57,553 nt of DNA from the sequence record NZ_CP045973.1; one strand, given 5' to 3'. This document shows positions 10,178 to 20,139 of this stretch, in pieces (the stretch's first letter is position 1; the number at the start of each line of letters is the position of its first letter). The notes beneath the pieces are model-generated. The model saw nothing but the letters and a program-made list of their open reading frames with translations, made no database searches and was not told the origin of the DNA. The DNA is from a plasmid. Position numbers and translations under genes: made by a program.

Positions 10178-10942
10178 ATGAATACGAACCCACGTTTTCC
10201 TAAAGAATATTTGCAAGATGTACTGGTAAGGTTAGCTCACCATTCCAGTGCGATTGAAGGGAACACGATATCGCTCGCCGATACGGTGTCTATTATCTTG
10301 CATAATAAAGTGACGGGGAAAGAAAGTTACGATCTTCGGGAAATTTATGAAGTGAAAAACCATGAACAAGCCTTTGCTTATGTGATGGAAGAGATAGAAG
10401 CATTACGACCGATCAGTGTTCCAACAATCAAACAGATCCATGCGTATTTAACGGATCGACTGCAGTATGATCATGGCGAGTTCAAAGCGAGTGCCAATGC
10501 GATACTTGGTGCAGATTTCCAGACGGCGAGTCCACAAGAGACCCCCTTACTCGTGCAACAATGGGTAGATAATGTCAATTACCGTTTAGGAACGCATGAA
10601 GAAAGTTTGGAGAAAGAACCATCGAAAGATGATAAGTTAGAAACTATTCTGGAAAGCCATATTGACTTTGAACGTATCCATCCATTCAGTGATGGAAACG
10701 GACGAACAGGACGTATGGTGATGAATTATTTATTGATGGAAAATGATTTTCCACCATTGATTATCAAGGCAGAAGAAAAGGCGGTCTACATGACGTATCT
10801 AGCCAATCAAGATGTTTCGGGCTTCCATACATTTGCGCAACAGAAGCTGGCTCAAGAAAAAGAACGGGTAGATCAGTTTAGATCTACGGAAAAAGAACAA
10901 ATCCAGTTGCCAAAAAAGCAAAAGGATGATTTAGAACGATAA
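10178..10942 (+). CDS. Fic/Doc family protein
   Basis: Canonical Fic motif 'HPFSDGNGRTGR'; AGGAGG RBS before ATG 10178. Confidence 0.8.
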   Translation: MNTNPRFPKEYLQDVLVRLAHHSSAIEGNTISLADTVSIILHNKVTGKESYDLREIYEVKNHEQAFAYVMEEIEALRPISVPTIKQIHAYLTDRLQYDHGEFKASANAILGADFQTASPQETPLLVQQWVDNVNYRLGTHEESLEKEPSKDDKLETILESHIDFERIHPFSDGNGRTGRMVMNYLLMENDFPPLIIKAEEKAVYMTYLANQDVSGFHTFAQQKLAQEKERVDQFRSTEKEQIQLPKKQKDDLER

Positions 10943-10946
10943 AAGG

Positions 10947-11024
10947 TTCCTTACGTCAGTGAGGAGTTTTTTTCAAAAATAATTAGATAGCTAGGAACTT
11001 CCTAAAAAGGAAGTTCTTTTTTTT
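10947..11024 (+). terminator. tandem rho-independent terminators downstream of fic
   Basis: 'tcctta cgtcag tgagga'+T7 and 'ggaacttcc taaaaa ggaagttc'+T8. Confidence 0.5.
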
Positions 11025-11055
11025 GTGCCAAATTATAAAAGGAGTGGTAAATACA

Positions 11056-11586
11056 ATGAAATATGAAGAAGAAAAACATCCATTATTTAACCAAGAAGCA
11101 TTAGATCAATATGTGGAAGATACTTCCCAATATTATACCGAAAACATGAAAAATGCGATGCACTTATGGCCCAATGGTAAAATGACAAGTTCCACCTATG
11201 AGGGAGTGAGGGGGGACGACCATCAAGTGATTTCCAATTACTTTGATAATATCGACATGCCAGAACTGACAAAACTAAAACGAAGTGAGGTAATGAAAGT
11301 TGCGGCTGAAGGTGTGGGAGTTTTGATTGTAGTTCCAGAGACAGAAAAAATATTGAAAGCGAAAAATCAAGTCCTTACAGATAAACAAATTCAAGTTGTG
11401 TGTAAAAATAACTTCGAGTTGGACTACTTCAGTGAAGGTATCGTGCTTACAAAAGAAAAAATGGAGGCTTATGGTGTGACGGAAGCACAGATACAAAACC
11501 TTGCAGCTAAAAATCAAGCAGCTAAGGAGAATAAAGCCTTGCAATTAGGAGAGGTAGAAAAAAGTATAGAGGATCTAGAAAGATAA
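11056..11586 (+). CDS. hypothetical protein
   Basis: AAAGGAG RBS, 176 aa, acidic. Confidence 0.45.
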   Translation: MKYEEEKHPLFNQEALDQYVEDTSQYYTENMKNAMHLWPNGKMTSSTYEGVRGDDHQVISNYFDNIDMPELTKLKRSEVMKVAAEGVGVLIVVPETEKILKAKNQVLTDKQIQVVCKNNFELDYFSEGIVLTKEKMEAYGVTEAQIQNLAAKNQAAKENKALQLGEVEKSIEDLER

Positions 11587-11591
11587 GAAAA

Positions 11592-11624
11592 AGAACCTCC
11601 CTGGTATCGGGGGGGTTCTTTTTT
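11592..11624. terminator. bidirectional terminator between convergent genes
   Basis: 'agaacctccc tggtatc gggggggttct ttttt'. Confidence 0.5.
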
Positions 11625-11958
11625 AATTTGGATACAAAGTTTCAACGGTATCAACCAATATTTTAATTTTCGCGATTTCTTCTTCGCTTCTCAAATTTAG
11701 GGATAGTAACCATTGCTTTAGGGACAAATCGTTCCATACTTTGTCTTCCTGAACATAACCGACTAATTCATCTATCGATAGATGGAAGTAAGTGGCAAGA
11801 CGGATCAGCTTTTCAATATCTGGTTTTGTTTCACCACTCATGTAGTAAGCGACGGTTCGTGTTTGAACGTTTAATAATTCAGCAATTTGATGATTTTTGA
11901 GACCATGTTCTTTTTTTAATCTCGAAAGATTTTCAGCAAATTGGTGTTGAATAGTCAT
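11623..11958 (-). CDS. XRE-family helix-turn-helix transcriptional regulator
   Basis: 'NHQIAELLNVQTRTVAYYMSGETKPDIEKLIRLATYFHLSIDEL' Cro/CI-type HTH. Confidence 0.65.
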   Translation of the reverse strand: MTIQHQFAENLSRLKKEHGLKNHQIAELLNVQTRTVAYYMSGETKPDIEKLIRLATYFHLSIDELVGYVQEDKVWNDLSLKQWLLSLNLRSEEEIAKIKILVDTVETLYPN

Positions 11959-12131
11959 GGTGCTCCCTCCTTTATTTAACGTTTTAAGTATAACAAAAAT
12001 TTCTAAAAAGAAAAGATATTTCCTTATTCTATAAAAAAGAATGTAATTATCACTTGAAAATGAAATTAAATAAGTATATTATGGATTTAAGAAATATAAT
12101 TTCCTTTTTATAGGAAAAGGAGTGAAGACAA

Positions 12132-12530
12132 ATGTCTATCATACAAGGATTTTTAGATATATGTGATCGGATCGCTTACTTCTTTGGAGAATTAGTTAGT
12201 ATCATTGTTACAAGCATTTTACTTGTGATTGAAAACGTATTTACTGCTTTATATCATGCGTATCAAGCAAGCGGTCAGATGAAATGGGCATGGTGGACGG
12301 TTATGACTATATTAGCTTGTATGATTGTCGTATTTATCATTCGCTATTTTATTATTGTCGCAGTAGCTACGCTGTTTTTGGTCCCTTTAATTGCTTTTTT
12401 TGTCAAAGCCTTTTTGACAATCGTTGTAGCTACCTTTCTACTTACGATTGTTTTTATTATCATTTATAAAGGCAAAACGAGCATTTCAAAATGGATGAGA
12501 GCAAGAAGAAGTCAGCAAGAAGGAGCATAA
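12132..12530 (+). CDS. integral membrane protein (3-4 TM)
   Basis: Strongly hydrophobic 132 aa ORF with RBS. Confidence 0.45.
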   Translation: MSIIQGFLDICDRIAYFFGELVSIIVTSILLVIENVFTALYHAYQASGQMKWAWWTVMTILACMIVVFIIRYFIIVAVATLFLVPLIAFFVKAFLTIVVATFLLTIVFIIIYKGKTSISKWMRARRSQQEGA

Positions 12531-12533
12531 GAC

Positions 12534-14036
12534 ATGAACGAAGATACGAGAAAAAAGAAAAAAAGACCTTCACTTACCACGCTTTACGAAGGAACGATGA
12601 AGGAGATTACAAGCAATGAGAACCGTTACATCGAATTTTTGAATTTCGCCAGCAGGGTGCATAAATATAGCTTTGATGAACAGCTGCTTTTATATGCACA
12701 AAAACAAGATGTCCACATGGTAGCGACATTTGATATTTGGAAAAAGCTTGGTCGGTTTGTGAAACGCGGATCTACTGCAGCGCTTCTATTTGATTACACG
12801 ACACAACAAAGAAAGTATGTCTTTGATATATCCGAAACAGGCGGAGAACCCCTTCAGGTATTTGATTGGCAGTTACTTGATAATGACAAAAATGATTTAC
12901 TTCGATATTGGAACACATATGAAAAACAGAGTGGTACGCTTGTCAATTGGGAAGATGGCATTCACGCAAAAATAGCTTCCTATCAAAAACCAATAGGTGA
13001 TCAGATTCATCCATTTTTTGTAAAAGATATTGAAGTGGTTGCAGCGTATATCATCTATCAACGAACAAATACACTAATACCAGAGGATTTACTACTAGAT
13101 GTACAGAGCGTTTTACAGATTGGGAAAAGAGATAATACGTTACTGGAGATACAACATTTTGCCAATTTAACCACAAAGGAATTTTTACAAGATGTGGAAC
13201 GCATTTTAAATAATGAACTGAAAAAAGAGAGGGTGCTTTACCATGACAGAATCAAATTTGAAGATGAGTTATCGCGAAGAGAATGGCAACCTGCTTCCAG
13301 AGATAGAAACGTCAGAAGAAATGATGCCGATTGGAAAGATCGGGAAGCTGATCCAATTGAAATGGGAGAAAGAAAAATCGCTTCAAGTGATGAAATGGAA
13401 GTTAAACGGAAATTATCTTCAGGAAGTGAAACGAATGGAAATTCAAGTGCAAGACAAGATCAACCAGTATTACGAGAAACTCGTGACGAAAGAAAGCTTA
13501 CCGACCGAGATGGAACCATTAGCGAGAGCGAAGCGTCTGAAATCGCTTCGGATGCAAGCAGAGGAGATCATTCTGAACCAACTATAGTAGAAGAAGTAAA
13601 AGAATCTGAGCGATCAGGTTCTTTTTTTATGCCTGTCAGTGAGCGAGGAGAACAAGTCGATTTATTTGCAGAAGAAACAAACTACATGGAAGATCCAGGA
13701 ATTTCTTATTTAGATGATAATGAGGAAGAATCGGTAGAGAACTTTCGCTTTGCGGATACATTCACCTTTCCAAGCGGTCCAAAAGCTAAATTTCAAGCGA
13801 ATATTGCAGCCATTCGCTTGCTGCATCGATTAGAAACGGAGAATCGGTTCGCTAATAGCGAAGAACGCAATATATTAGCGCAATACTCAGGGTGGGGTGG
13901 TCTTGCGGATGCTTTTGATGAAAACAAGCTAGCGTTTCAAAAAGAATATCTCGAACTGAAGGAGTTACTAACACCTGAAGAATATCAAGCAGCATTTGAA
14001 GGAACTTTAACGACCTACTGTAAAGGGCCATATTAA
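12534..14036 (+). CDS. hypothetical plasmid protein, C-terminus replaced by IS21-like end sequence (disrupted)
   Basis: AAGGAG RBS; last codons '...CKGPY*' lie inside the IS21 terminal repeat at 14019-14041. Confidence 0.5.
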   Translation: MNEDTRKKKKRPSLTTLYEGTMKEITSNENRYIEFLNFASRVHKYSFDEQLLLYAQKQDVHMVATFDIWKKLGRFVKRGSTAALLFDYTTQQRKYVFDISETGGEPLQVFDWQLLDNDKNDLLRYWNTYEKQSGTLVNWEDGIHAKIASYQKPIGDQIHPFFVKDIEVVAAYIIYQRTNTLIPEDLLLDVQSVLQIGKRDNTLLEIQHFANLTTKEFLQDVERILNNELKKERVLYHDRIKFEDELSRREWQPASRDRNVRRNDADWKDREADPIEMGERKIASSDEMEVKRKLSSGSETNGNSSARQDQPVLRETRDERKLTDRDGTISESEASEIASDASRGDHSEPTIVEEVKESERSGSFFMPVSERGEQVDLFAEETNYMEDPGISYLDDNEEESVENFRFADTFTFPSGPKAKFQANIAAIRLLHRLETENRFANSEERNILAQYSGWGGLADAFDENKLAFQKEYLELKELLTPEEYQAAFEGTLTTYCKGPY

Positions 14037-14547
14037 AATGTAGGAAAAGGGCCATCGAAAATGTAGGTACATGACAAATCTGATATTCTTTTTCGTGAAA
14101 CTATCCAAGGAGAGTGAATCATGAGAAAAGATGTCTTAGAAGGAGTGTTACTACACATTATGAATGAAATTCATCCTAATTTCGCAGCCCTTGCCAAACA
14201 ATATAATTGTGATTATCGAACGGTTAAACGCTATTATGAAGCTGGATTGACGGGGGATTTAGATAAGCTTAGAGAGAGAAAACCTTCGGTCCCTCCTTTG
14301 CTTCATGGTTTTGAAGAAATTATTCGTGATAAATTAGAATTAAATTGTTCGGCAGCTTCTATCTTTTATTTCTTAGGTAAAAAAGGTTATAAAGGGAGTT
14401 ATACAACGATTAAACGTTATTGTCGTAAATACCGGGAAGAAAAAGTACAAAAAGCAACGATTCGCATTGAGACCACACCCGGTCTTTCTGCTCAAGTAGA
14501 TTGGAAAGAAAACGTTAAAATGGTTAGCCGAGACGGTGAAGTGTTTT
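14019..14547. mobile_element. partial IS21-family copy (inverted relative to the 3441-5604 copy), truncated by IS6 insertion
   Basis: IR 'tgtaaagggccatattaaaatgt' and 80-bp leader identical (1 mismatch) to reverse complement of 5503-5604; ends at IS6 IR 14548. Confidence 0.75.
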
Positions 14548-14573
14548 GGTTCTGTTGCAAAGTTCCAAAATGA
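14121..14573 (+). pseudogene. istA: istA N-terminal fragment (first ~142 aa), truncated by IS1216-like insertion
   Basis: Translation identical to IstA 4276..5502 except K44T; reads into IS6 IR 'GGTTCTGTTGCAAAGTT'. Confidence 0.75.
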
Positions 14574-15359
14574 ACAATACTAGTCTAACACTAGCTATAG
14601 TTTATGCAGGTATTCCTAATAATATCTTCATTTCCGTGCAGACTGAAAACCCGAAGAGAGTGCCTTCTTTTCGGTTCTTCTTATATAATCCTCGAATGGC
14701 TTCCATGCCTTTAATCGTGGTTGAGGCTGTTCGTAAGCTTCGATAAAATTTGTTTCGTCTCTTGATGGGACGATGATCTTGTTCAATGAGGTTATTTAGA
14801 TATTTCACCGTGCGATGTTCTGTTCGCTGGTAAAACCCGTGTGCCTGTAATTTTTTGAAGGCACTGGCAATAGAGGGAGCTTTATCGGTCACCAGAACCC
14901 TTGGTTCATCGAACTGTTTAACTAATCTCTTGAGAAAGGCGTAAGCTGCTTGTGTATCTCGCTTTTTCCGTAACCATATATCCAGAGTGAGACCATCTGC
15001 ATCAATGGCGCGATAAAGATAATGCCATTTTCCTTTGATTTTAATATAGGTCTCGTCCATTTTCCACGAATAAATGGACTGTTTGTTTTTCCTCTTCCAA
15101 ATGTTGTAAAGTAGTTTCCCATATTCCTGTACCCAACGATAGACAGTGGTGTGAGACACGTTAATACCACGGTTGTACAGAATTTCTTGGACGTCACGAT
15201 AACTCAGGTTGTACCGAAGATAGTAGCCTACAGCGACAATAATCACATCTTTCTGAAATTGTTTGCCTTTAAAATGGTTCATCTTCGTTACTCCTCCTAG
15301 TTCCTATTAAACTCAGTTTACCCTATAATGGATCTGAGGGGAAACTTTGCAACAGAACC
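14548..15359. mobile_element. IS6-family (IS1216/IS257-like) element, complete
   Basis: IRs 'ggttctgttgcaaagtt' (14548-14564) and 'aaactttgcaacagaacc' (15342-15359); 812 bp. Confidence 0.85.
14602..15282 (-). CDS. IS6-family transposase (226 aa)
   Basis: 'MNHFKGKQF...YRAIDADGLTLDIWL...DKAPSIASAF' DDE transposase; AGGAGGAG RBS. Confidence 0.9.
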   Translation of the reverse strand: MNHFKGKQFQKDVIIVAVGYYLRYNLSYRDVQEILYNRGINVSHTTVYRWVQEYGKLLYNIWKRKNKQSIYSWKMDETYIKIKGKWHYLYRAIDADGLTLDIWLRKKRDTQAAYAFLKRLVKQFDEPRVLVTDKAPSIASAFKKLQAHGFYQRTEHRTVKYLNNLIEQDHRPIKRRNKFYRSLRTASTTIKGMEAIRGLYKKNRKEGTLFGFSVCTEMKILLGIPA

Positions 15360-15720
15360 GTTTTAAGAAAGCATAGGCTGCTTGCGTATCCCGTTTCTTT
15401 CGTAACCAGATATCTAAGGTTAAGCCGTCCGCATCAATTGCACGATAAAGATAATGCCAACGTCCCTTAATTTTGATATAGGTTTCGTCCATTTTCCATG
15501 AATAGAAGGATTGTCTATTTTTCTTTTTCCAAATTTGATAGAGTAGTTTGCCATATTCTTGCACCCAACGATAAATCGTCGTATGAGAAACGTTAATGCC
15601 ACGATCATATAAGATTTCTTGAACTTCACGATAGCTAAGGTTATAACGAAGATAGTAGCCCACGGCTACAATAATCACATCCTGCTGAAATTGCTTTCCT
15701 TTAAAATGATTCATCGTCAT
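15360..15720 (-). pseudogene. IS6 transposase N-terminal fragment (~120 aa)
   Basis: 'MTMNHFKGKQFQQDVIIVAVGYYLRYNLSYREVQEILYDRG...' then interrupted at 15359. Confidence 0.7.
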
Positions 15721-15788
15721 TCCTCCTGCTATCTTTTTCTATTATTCTATCTTATTTGACAGTAGATTTAAAAATTTGCAACAGAACC
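15360..15788. mobile_element. truncated second IS6 copy (5' part only), target of the adjacent IS1216-like insertion
   Basis: IR 'aaaatttgcaacagaacc' at 15771-15788; sequence 15360-15440 identical to 22810-22890 of IS6 copy 3. Confidence 0.7.
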
Positions 15789-15832
15789 AAATCTTTTATA
15801 AAACTGTGTTGCACTTAATTTGATAATTTAAG
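15789..15832 (+). repeat. 44-bp direct repeat copy A
   Basis: aaatcttttataaaactgtgttgcacttaatttgataatttaag; 1 mismatch to 18430-18473. Confidence 0.8.
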
Positions 15833-15905
15833 ACAAAGAAGTGTATACTTAGTTGGGTAAATAAATTCTATTTACGATAAACATTGACCTTTGGAGGTAA
15901 TACGA

Positions 15906-17270
15906 ATGAAATACGTTATAGTAGGAACTTCGCATGCTGGTTTTGAAGCTGTGCAAACTCTATTGAAAAAAGACTCAGATGCAGAAATCGTTGTATTTGA
16001 AGCTGGATCAACCGCTTCTTTCTTATCATGTGGTATTCAGTCCTATCTAGAAGACATTTCAAAATCTTTGGATGAATTACACTACGCAAATGAAGCATCA
16101 TATAAAGAACAAGGCGTTGATATCCGCATGAACACAAGTGTGATTGCCATCAACCCAGAGACAAAAGAAATTACAACACGCACTACTGACGGTGTGGAAG
16201 CTACAGAAAGTTACGACAAACTATTGCTTTCTCCAGGTGGTGTACCAGGTACAATCCCGAATGTAGATGACCAACACGAAAACATCTTCTACTTACGTGG
16301 TAGAAACTGGGCAGATAAAGTGAAAAATCGTATGTCTTCAGCTAAAAAAGCTGTAGTTGTTGGTGCTGGTTACATCGGTATCGAAGCAGCAATTGCTTAC
16401 GCACAAGCTGGCATCGACGTAACAGTAGTCGACTTTGTTGATTCAATCTTACCAACTTACCTTGACAGTGAATTCACTAGTCTTCTAACAAAACATATGG
16501 AAGAAAAAGGTATGAAGATTAAAACTGGCGAAGGTGTGAAAGAATTTAAAGTCAACGAAAACAACGAAGTAACTGCTGTTGTCACTGACAAAGGCACTTA
16601 CGAAGCAGATACAGTTATTATCAGTGTTGGGGTTCGTCCAAACACACAATGGTTGAAAGACACTTTAACCCTTGATGGTCGCGGCTTTGTTGAAGTCAAC
16701 GAACACATGGAAACTTCAGTTAAAGATGTTTACGCTGCAGGTGATGCAACTGCTATTCCTTTTGCACCTACAAACGACAAAGCTTACATTGCTTTAGCAA
16801 CTAACGCTCGTCGCCAAGGTGTCATCATGGCTCGTCACGCAAGTGGTGATGCAGACGCTAAAATTGGTCGCGTAAACGGTACATCAGGTCTTGCTGTATT
16901 TGACTACAAATTCGCTACTACTGGTATCAAGGATGCTAACGCAAACTCTTACCAAGGAAATGTGAAATCTGTTTACAAAGAAGACTTAATCCGTCCTTCA
17001 TTTATGCATGACGAAGAAAAAGTTTTAATGAAGCTTCATTACGATGCAGATAACGGTCGTATATTAGGTGCTCAATTAATGTCAACTTATGACATTCTTC
17101 AAGCTATTAATGCTGTATCTGTTGCGATTGAAGCTGAATGGACTGTAGACCAATTAGCGCAAGCTGATTTCTTCTTCCAACCAGAATTCAGCCGTCCTTG
17201 GAACTTCTTAAATGTCTTAGCGCAAGAAGCTCAAGGTCAACCATACGGCGCAGACACAATGCTTTTCTAA
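15906..17270 (+). CDS. nox: FAD-dependent NADH oxidase (pyridine nucleotide-disulfide oxidoreductase family)
   Basis: 'MKYVIVGTSHAGFEAV' FAD-binding N-terminus with redox Cys ('FLSCGIQSY'), second Rossmann 'VVVGAGYIGIE'; GGAGGT RBS. Confidence 0.8.
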   Translation: MKYVIVGTSHAGFEAVQTLLKKDSDAEIVVFEAGSTASFLSCGIQSYLEDISKSLDELHYANEASYKEQGVDIRMNTSVIAINPETKEITTRTTDGVEATESYDKLLLSPGGVPGTIPNVDDQHENIFYLRGRNWADKVKNRMSSAKKAVVVGAGYIGIEAAIAYAQAGIDVTVVDFVDSILPTYLDSEFTSLLTKHMEEKGMKIKTGEGVKEFKVNENNEVTAVVTDKGTYEADTVIISVGVRPNTQWLKDTLTLDGRGFVEVNEHMETSVKDVYAAGDATAIPFAPTNDKAYIALATNARRQGVIMARHASGDADAKIGRVNGTSGLAVFDYKFATTGIKDANANSYQGNVKSVYKEDLIRPSFMHDEEKVLMKLHYDADNGRILGAQLMSTYDILQAINAVSVAIEAEWTVDQLAQADFFFQPEFSRPWNFLNVLAQEAQGQPYGADTMLF

Positions 17271-17327
17271 TCCAAACGAAAGCCACTTTTTCACTACAGA
17301 TATATAACATTCTTTATAACAAATAAA

Positions 17328-17373
17328 AGACAGGCGGTAGACTCTCATTTAATCTACTCGCCTGTCTTTTTCT
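17328..17373 (+). terminator. rho-independent terminator of nox
   Basis: 'agacaggcg...cgcctgtct'+TTTTT. Confidence 0.6.
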
Positions 17374-17515
17374 TCTATTATGTAGCTCACGATATCCGGT
17401 TCCAAAGGTCAAACTCTTCCAACACTTCCCAAAATACGCCAATTACTTAGCAGTACTTGTTCGGCTTTTGCTCCAGCGCGCCGAGTCTTAGCGACTTTTG
17501 TCACACCTCTAATTT

Positions 17516-18385
17516 TTACTCTAACCAACCATCAACTGTTTCACGATTGGCTTCAATCCAATTATCTGCTGCTTCTTCTGGTTCTACATCTGTCGCTAAT
17601 TCTTCCATAACAGAAGACATATCTTCAACTTCCCAGTAGAAGTTATCAATAATCTTATAGGCTTCTGGATTATCTTCCTTTAGCCCTTCTCTTGCGTATG
17701 AATGAATTTCCTCGTAGCCACCAAAGACATTTTCTGGATCGTCAAGCATCTTAAGATCATAATCCATGAACATCCAATGCGGCTTCCAACCAACCACAAC
17801 TATATCCTCTTCATTATTGATAGCCTGATCTAATTCAGCAATCATAGCACCTGTTGAACTCACAGAAACCTCCCAATCGGATAGATTGTCATACTCCTTA
17901 ACAGCATTTTGGGCACTGTTGGTAACACCTGCCCCTGGTTCAATTGCTGTAATAGTTGAATCATTTTCATCCGTGAGGTCGGTAATCGAATTGATATCTT
18001 CCATATATGTTGGAACAGTTAATGCTGAAATAGCACCTTCTAGGTTAGCCCCTAAATCAACCATCGAGTCACCATATTTCTCTGCATAGGCCTGGTGCGT
18101 TGTAGGCACCCAACCGCCGACCATAGCATCCAACTGCCCTTCTGCAACCGAACTAAACATGATGGCCGGGTCTACTGTTGTAATTTGTACGTTGAACCCT
18201 GCTTCTTTTAGCACCTGTGCCAGGACATTTGTTGAAGCTATTTCAGACTCCCAATTCACAGTTGCTAGAGTCACTGTTTGGCCACCAGAATCAGCACCTA
18301 CAGTCGTTTTATACGAATCTTCACTGCCAAAGGTAAATAATAGCCCTATAACTGTTGCTACTAATAAACTCATTTTCTTAAACAT
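17516..18385 (-). CDS. glycine betaine/choline ABC transporter substrate-binding protein (OpuAC/ProX-like), orphan
   Basis: Signal peptide then 'TVTLATVNWESEIASTNVLAQVLKEAGFNVQ...LDAMVGGWVPTTHQ' typical OpuAC fold; no permease/ATPase genes nearby. Confidence 0.7.
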   Translation of the reverse strand: MFKKMSLLVATVIGLLFTFGSEDSYKTTVGADSGGQTVTLATVNWESEIASTNVLAQVLKEAGFNVQITTVDPAIMFSSVAEGQLDAMVGGWVPTTHQAYAEKYGDSMVDLGANLEGAISALTVPTYMEDINSITDLTDENDSTITAIEPGAGVTNSAQNAVKEYDNLSDWEVSVSSTGAMIAELDQAINNEEDIVVVGWKPHWMFMDYDLKMLDDPENVFGGYEEIHSYAREGLKEDNPEAYKIIDNFYWEVEDMSSVMEELATDVEPEEAADNWIEANRETVDGWLE

Positions 18386-18429
18386 TTTTACACGTCCCAA
18401 AAAATGTTTGAATTGGAAAACACCTTATG

Positions 18430-18473
18430 AAATCTTTTATAAAACTGTGTTGCACTTAATTTGACAATTTAAG
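18430..18473 (+). repeat. 44-bp direct repeat copy B
   Basis: aaatcttttataaaactgtgttgcacttaatttgacaatttaag. Confidence 0.8.
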
Positions 18474-18690
18474 CCATAAAAAATCGTATCCATAAGTTAA
18501 AACATTTGAATACTGTTGAAGCCTCTCAAGAGACTATTTGGTTTACACTTATAAATACAGTGCATCAAGATTTCCTATTCTACAGATTAATTTCCGAAAT
18601 TGAAATAAAAAAGATTAAAAGTATAAAGAGTGGTACGCTGTTCACACAAGGAGAACCGAGATCATTAATCGTTCATATTTTATCTCGTCT

Positions 18691-19065
18691 GTGGTGGTTA
18701 GATATTATACAACGGATGATAGTCGCGAAAATCCTTATGAGTTAATGGAGTTTTTTGGGAAAAAAGATATATCTGGGAAGATGATTAGTTTCTTTTCTAG
18801 CGTAATGACAAACAATAAAAACATTCGGCTTGGAATTATTTCTGGAATAAAGAAACTATATGATGCTGATTTAATTCCTTACCATAGAGAGCAATTTCGA
18901 ACTTCAATAATGTATTTTAATTTAATGGGAGGTGTCAGAATCTTAGAAATACTTTCTTTTGAAGAGGTTGAAGAGATTACAATTGAGTTGTTAAAGGAAA
19001 AAATAGTGTCACTGACCAAGATATCCAAGTTCTTCAAAAAGCATAATAAATACCCTCTAAAATGA
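18691..19065 (+). CDS. hypothetical protein
   Basis: 124-codon ORF in AT-rich DNA followed by hairpin 'ccctctaaaatga aa tcattttagaggg'. Confidence 0.25.
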   Translation: MVVRYYTTDDSRENPYELMEFFGKKDISGKMISFFSSVMTNNKNIRLGIISGIKKLYDADLIPYHREQFRTSIMYFNLMGGVRILEILSFEEVEEITIELLKEKIVSLTKISKFFKKHNKYPLK

Positions 19066-19255
19066 AATCATTTTAGAGGGTATTCTATTAATCTGATTAT
19101 ATATTAGGCTGGAAATAATTATCCTGAATAATTATCCTGAATAATTCATACCTCTATAATTTAAGCTATGAATTATTCAGGTCTAACATATTGTAATTTA
19201 TATGTACTTGTTATTTTAATCTCCGGTTATTCATAGAATCGTTATACATGAAGGC

Positions 19256-20020
19256 GTGAATAGGGAGAAAAAGCGGCATACACTGATTAACCCTATGGTT
19301 TTTTCCAGTGTAGAATCTAGTCAGGATGCCTTTAAGCAAGCCGCGCATTATTTAAATCAGGTATACAATTTAAAAGATACCATTGTGGTTACGAACAGTG
19401 ATGGCGGCAGTGGCTATGAAGCAGATAAATTTGAATCCATGGATGGTTATAGTAAGCAGCACGAGCATTTTAGAGACTTATTTCATGTGCACAAAAAGAT
19501 AAAAGAACGTTTATCCTTTGATAAGCCAATGGCCAAGCAGGTGGAGAAAGCTATCTATCAATATGATTGGGATAGAATTGAAACACTTTGTGCCACCATT
19601 GAAAGTCGTCTGATTGATCTTCCCGAAGTCATTATAGAAGATCGATTGGAACAGATTAGAAAGCTCAAAAATTACTTATCTCGGAACTGGGTTTATATCA
19701 AACCGTTTAAGAAGCGTGAATTATCGATTGATAGAGGCACAGGGGCTGGAGAGACGGGTCATCGTCTGTATACATATCGCATGAAGAGACAAGGCCGAAG
19801 CTGGACAAAAAAAGGAGCTAGCCACGTTGTGGCAATTCTCACTGCAGAGAAAAATGGGCTTTTACAGACAGCTTTAACAGCTGAAATAACAGATAAAGTC
19901 GAATCACTAGGTGAAGAGATTAAAGGAGCTGTCCGTCAAGCGTTAAAGAAAATAGATTCTACGGCCAAACAATCCAAACGGGTTCTATCGTCAATTATGG
20001 TCCGAAAAGCAGCTTTATAG
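19256..20020 (+). pseudogene. C-terminal fragment of an ISLre2/UPF0236-family transposase (tentative)
   Basis: '...HRLYTYRMKRQGRSWTKKGASHVVAILTAEKNG' resembles conserved C-terminus of UPF0236 transposases; no canonical start, N-terminal ~200 aa missing. Confidence 0.3.
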
Positions 20021-20139
20021 GCCAACTAGCCCTTTCATTTAGTTAAATGAATAGAAACAAAAAACCGCATTTATTTTAAGGGTCATTTAGAATAAAGGTT
20101 ACCGAGGAAAACTTGATGCATACAAATGTAAGTAAAGGC

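Noticed and set aside
14546-14746. 66-aa plus-strand ORF
   Set aside because: Begins inside the IS6 inverted repeat and runs antisense to the IS6 transposase 3' end.
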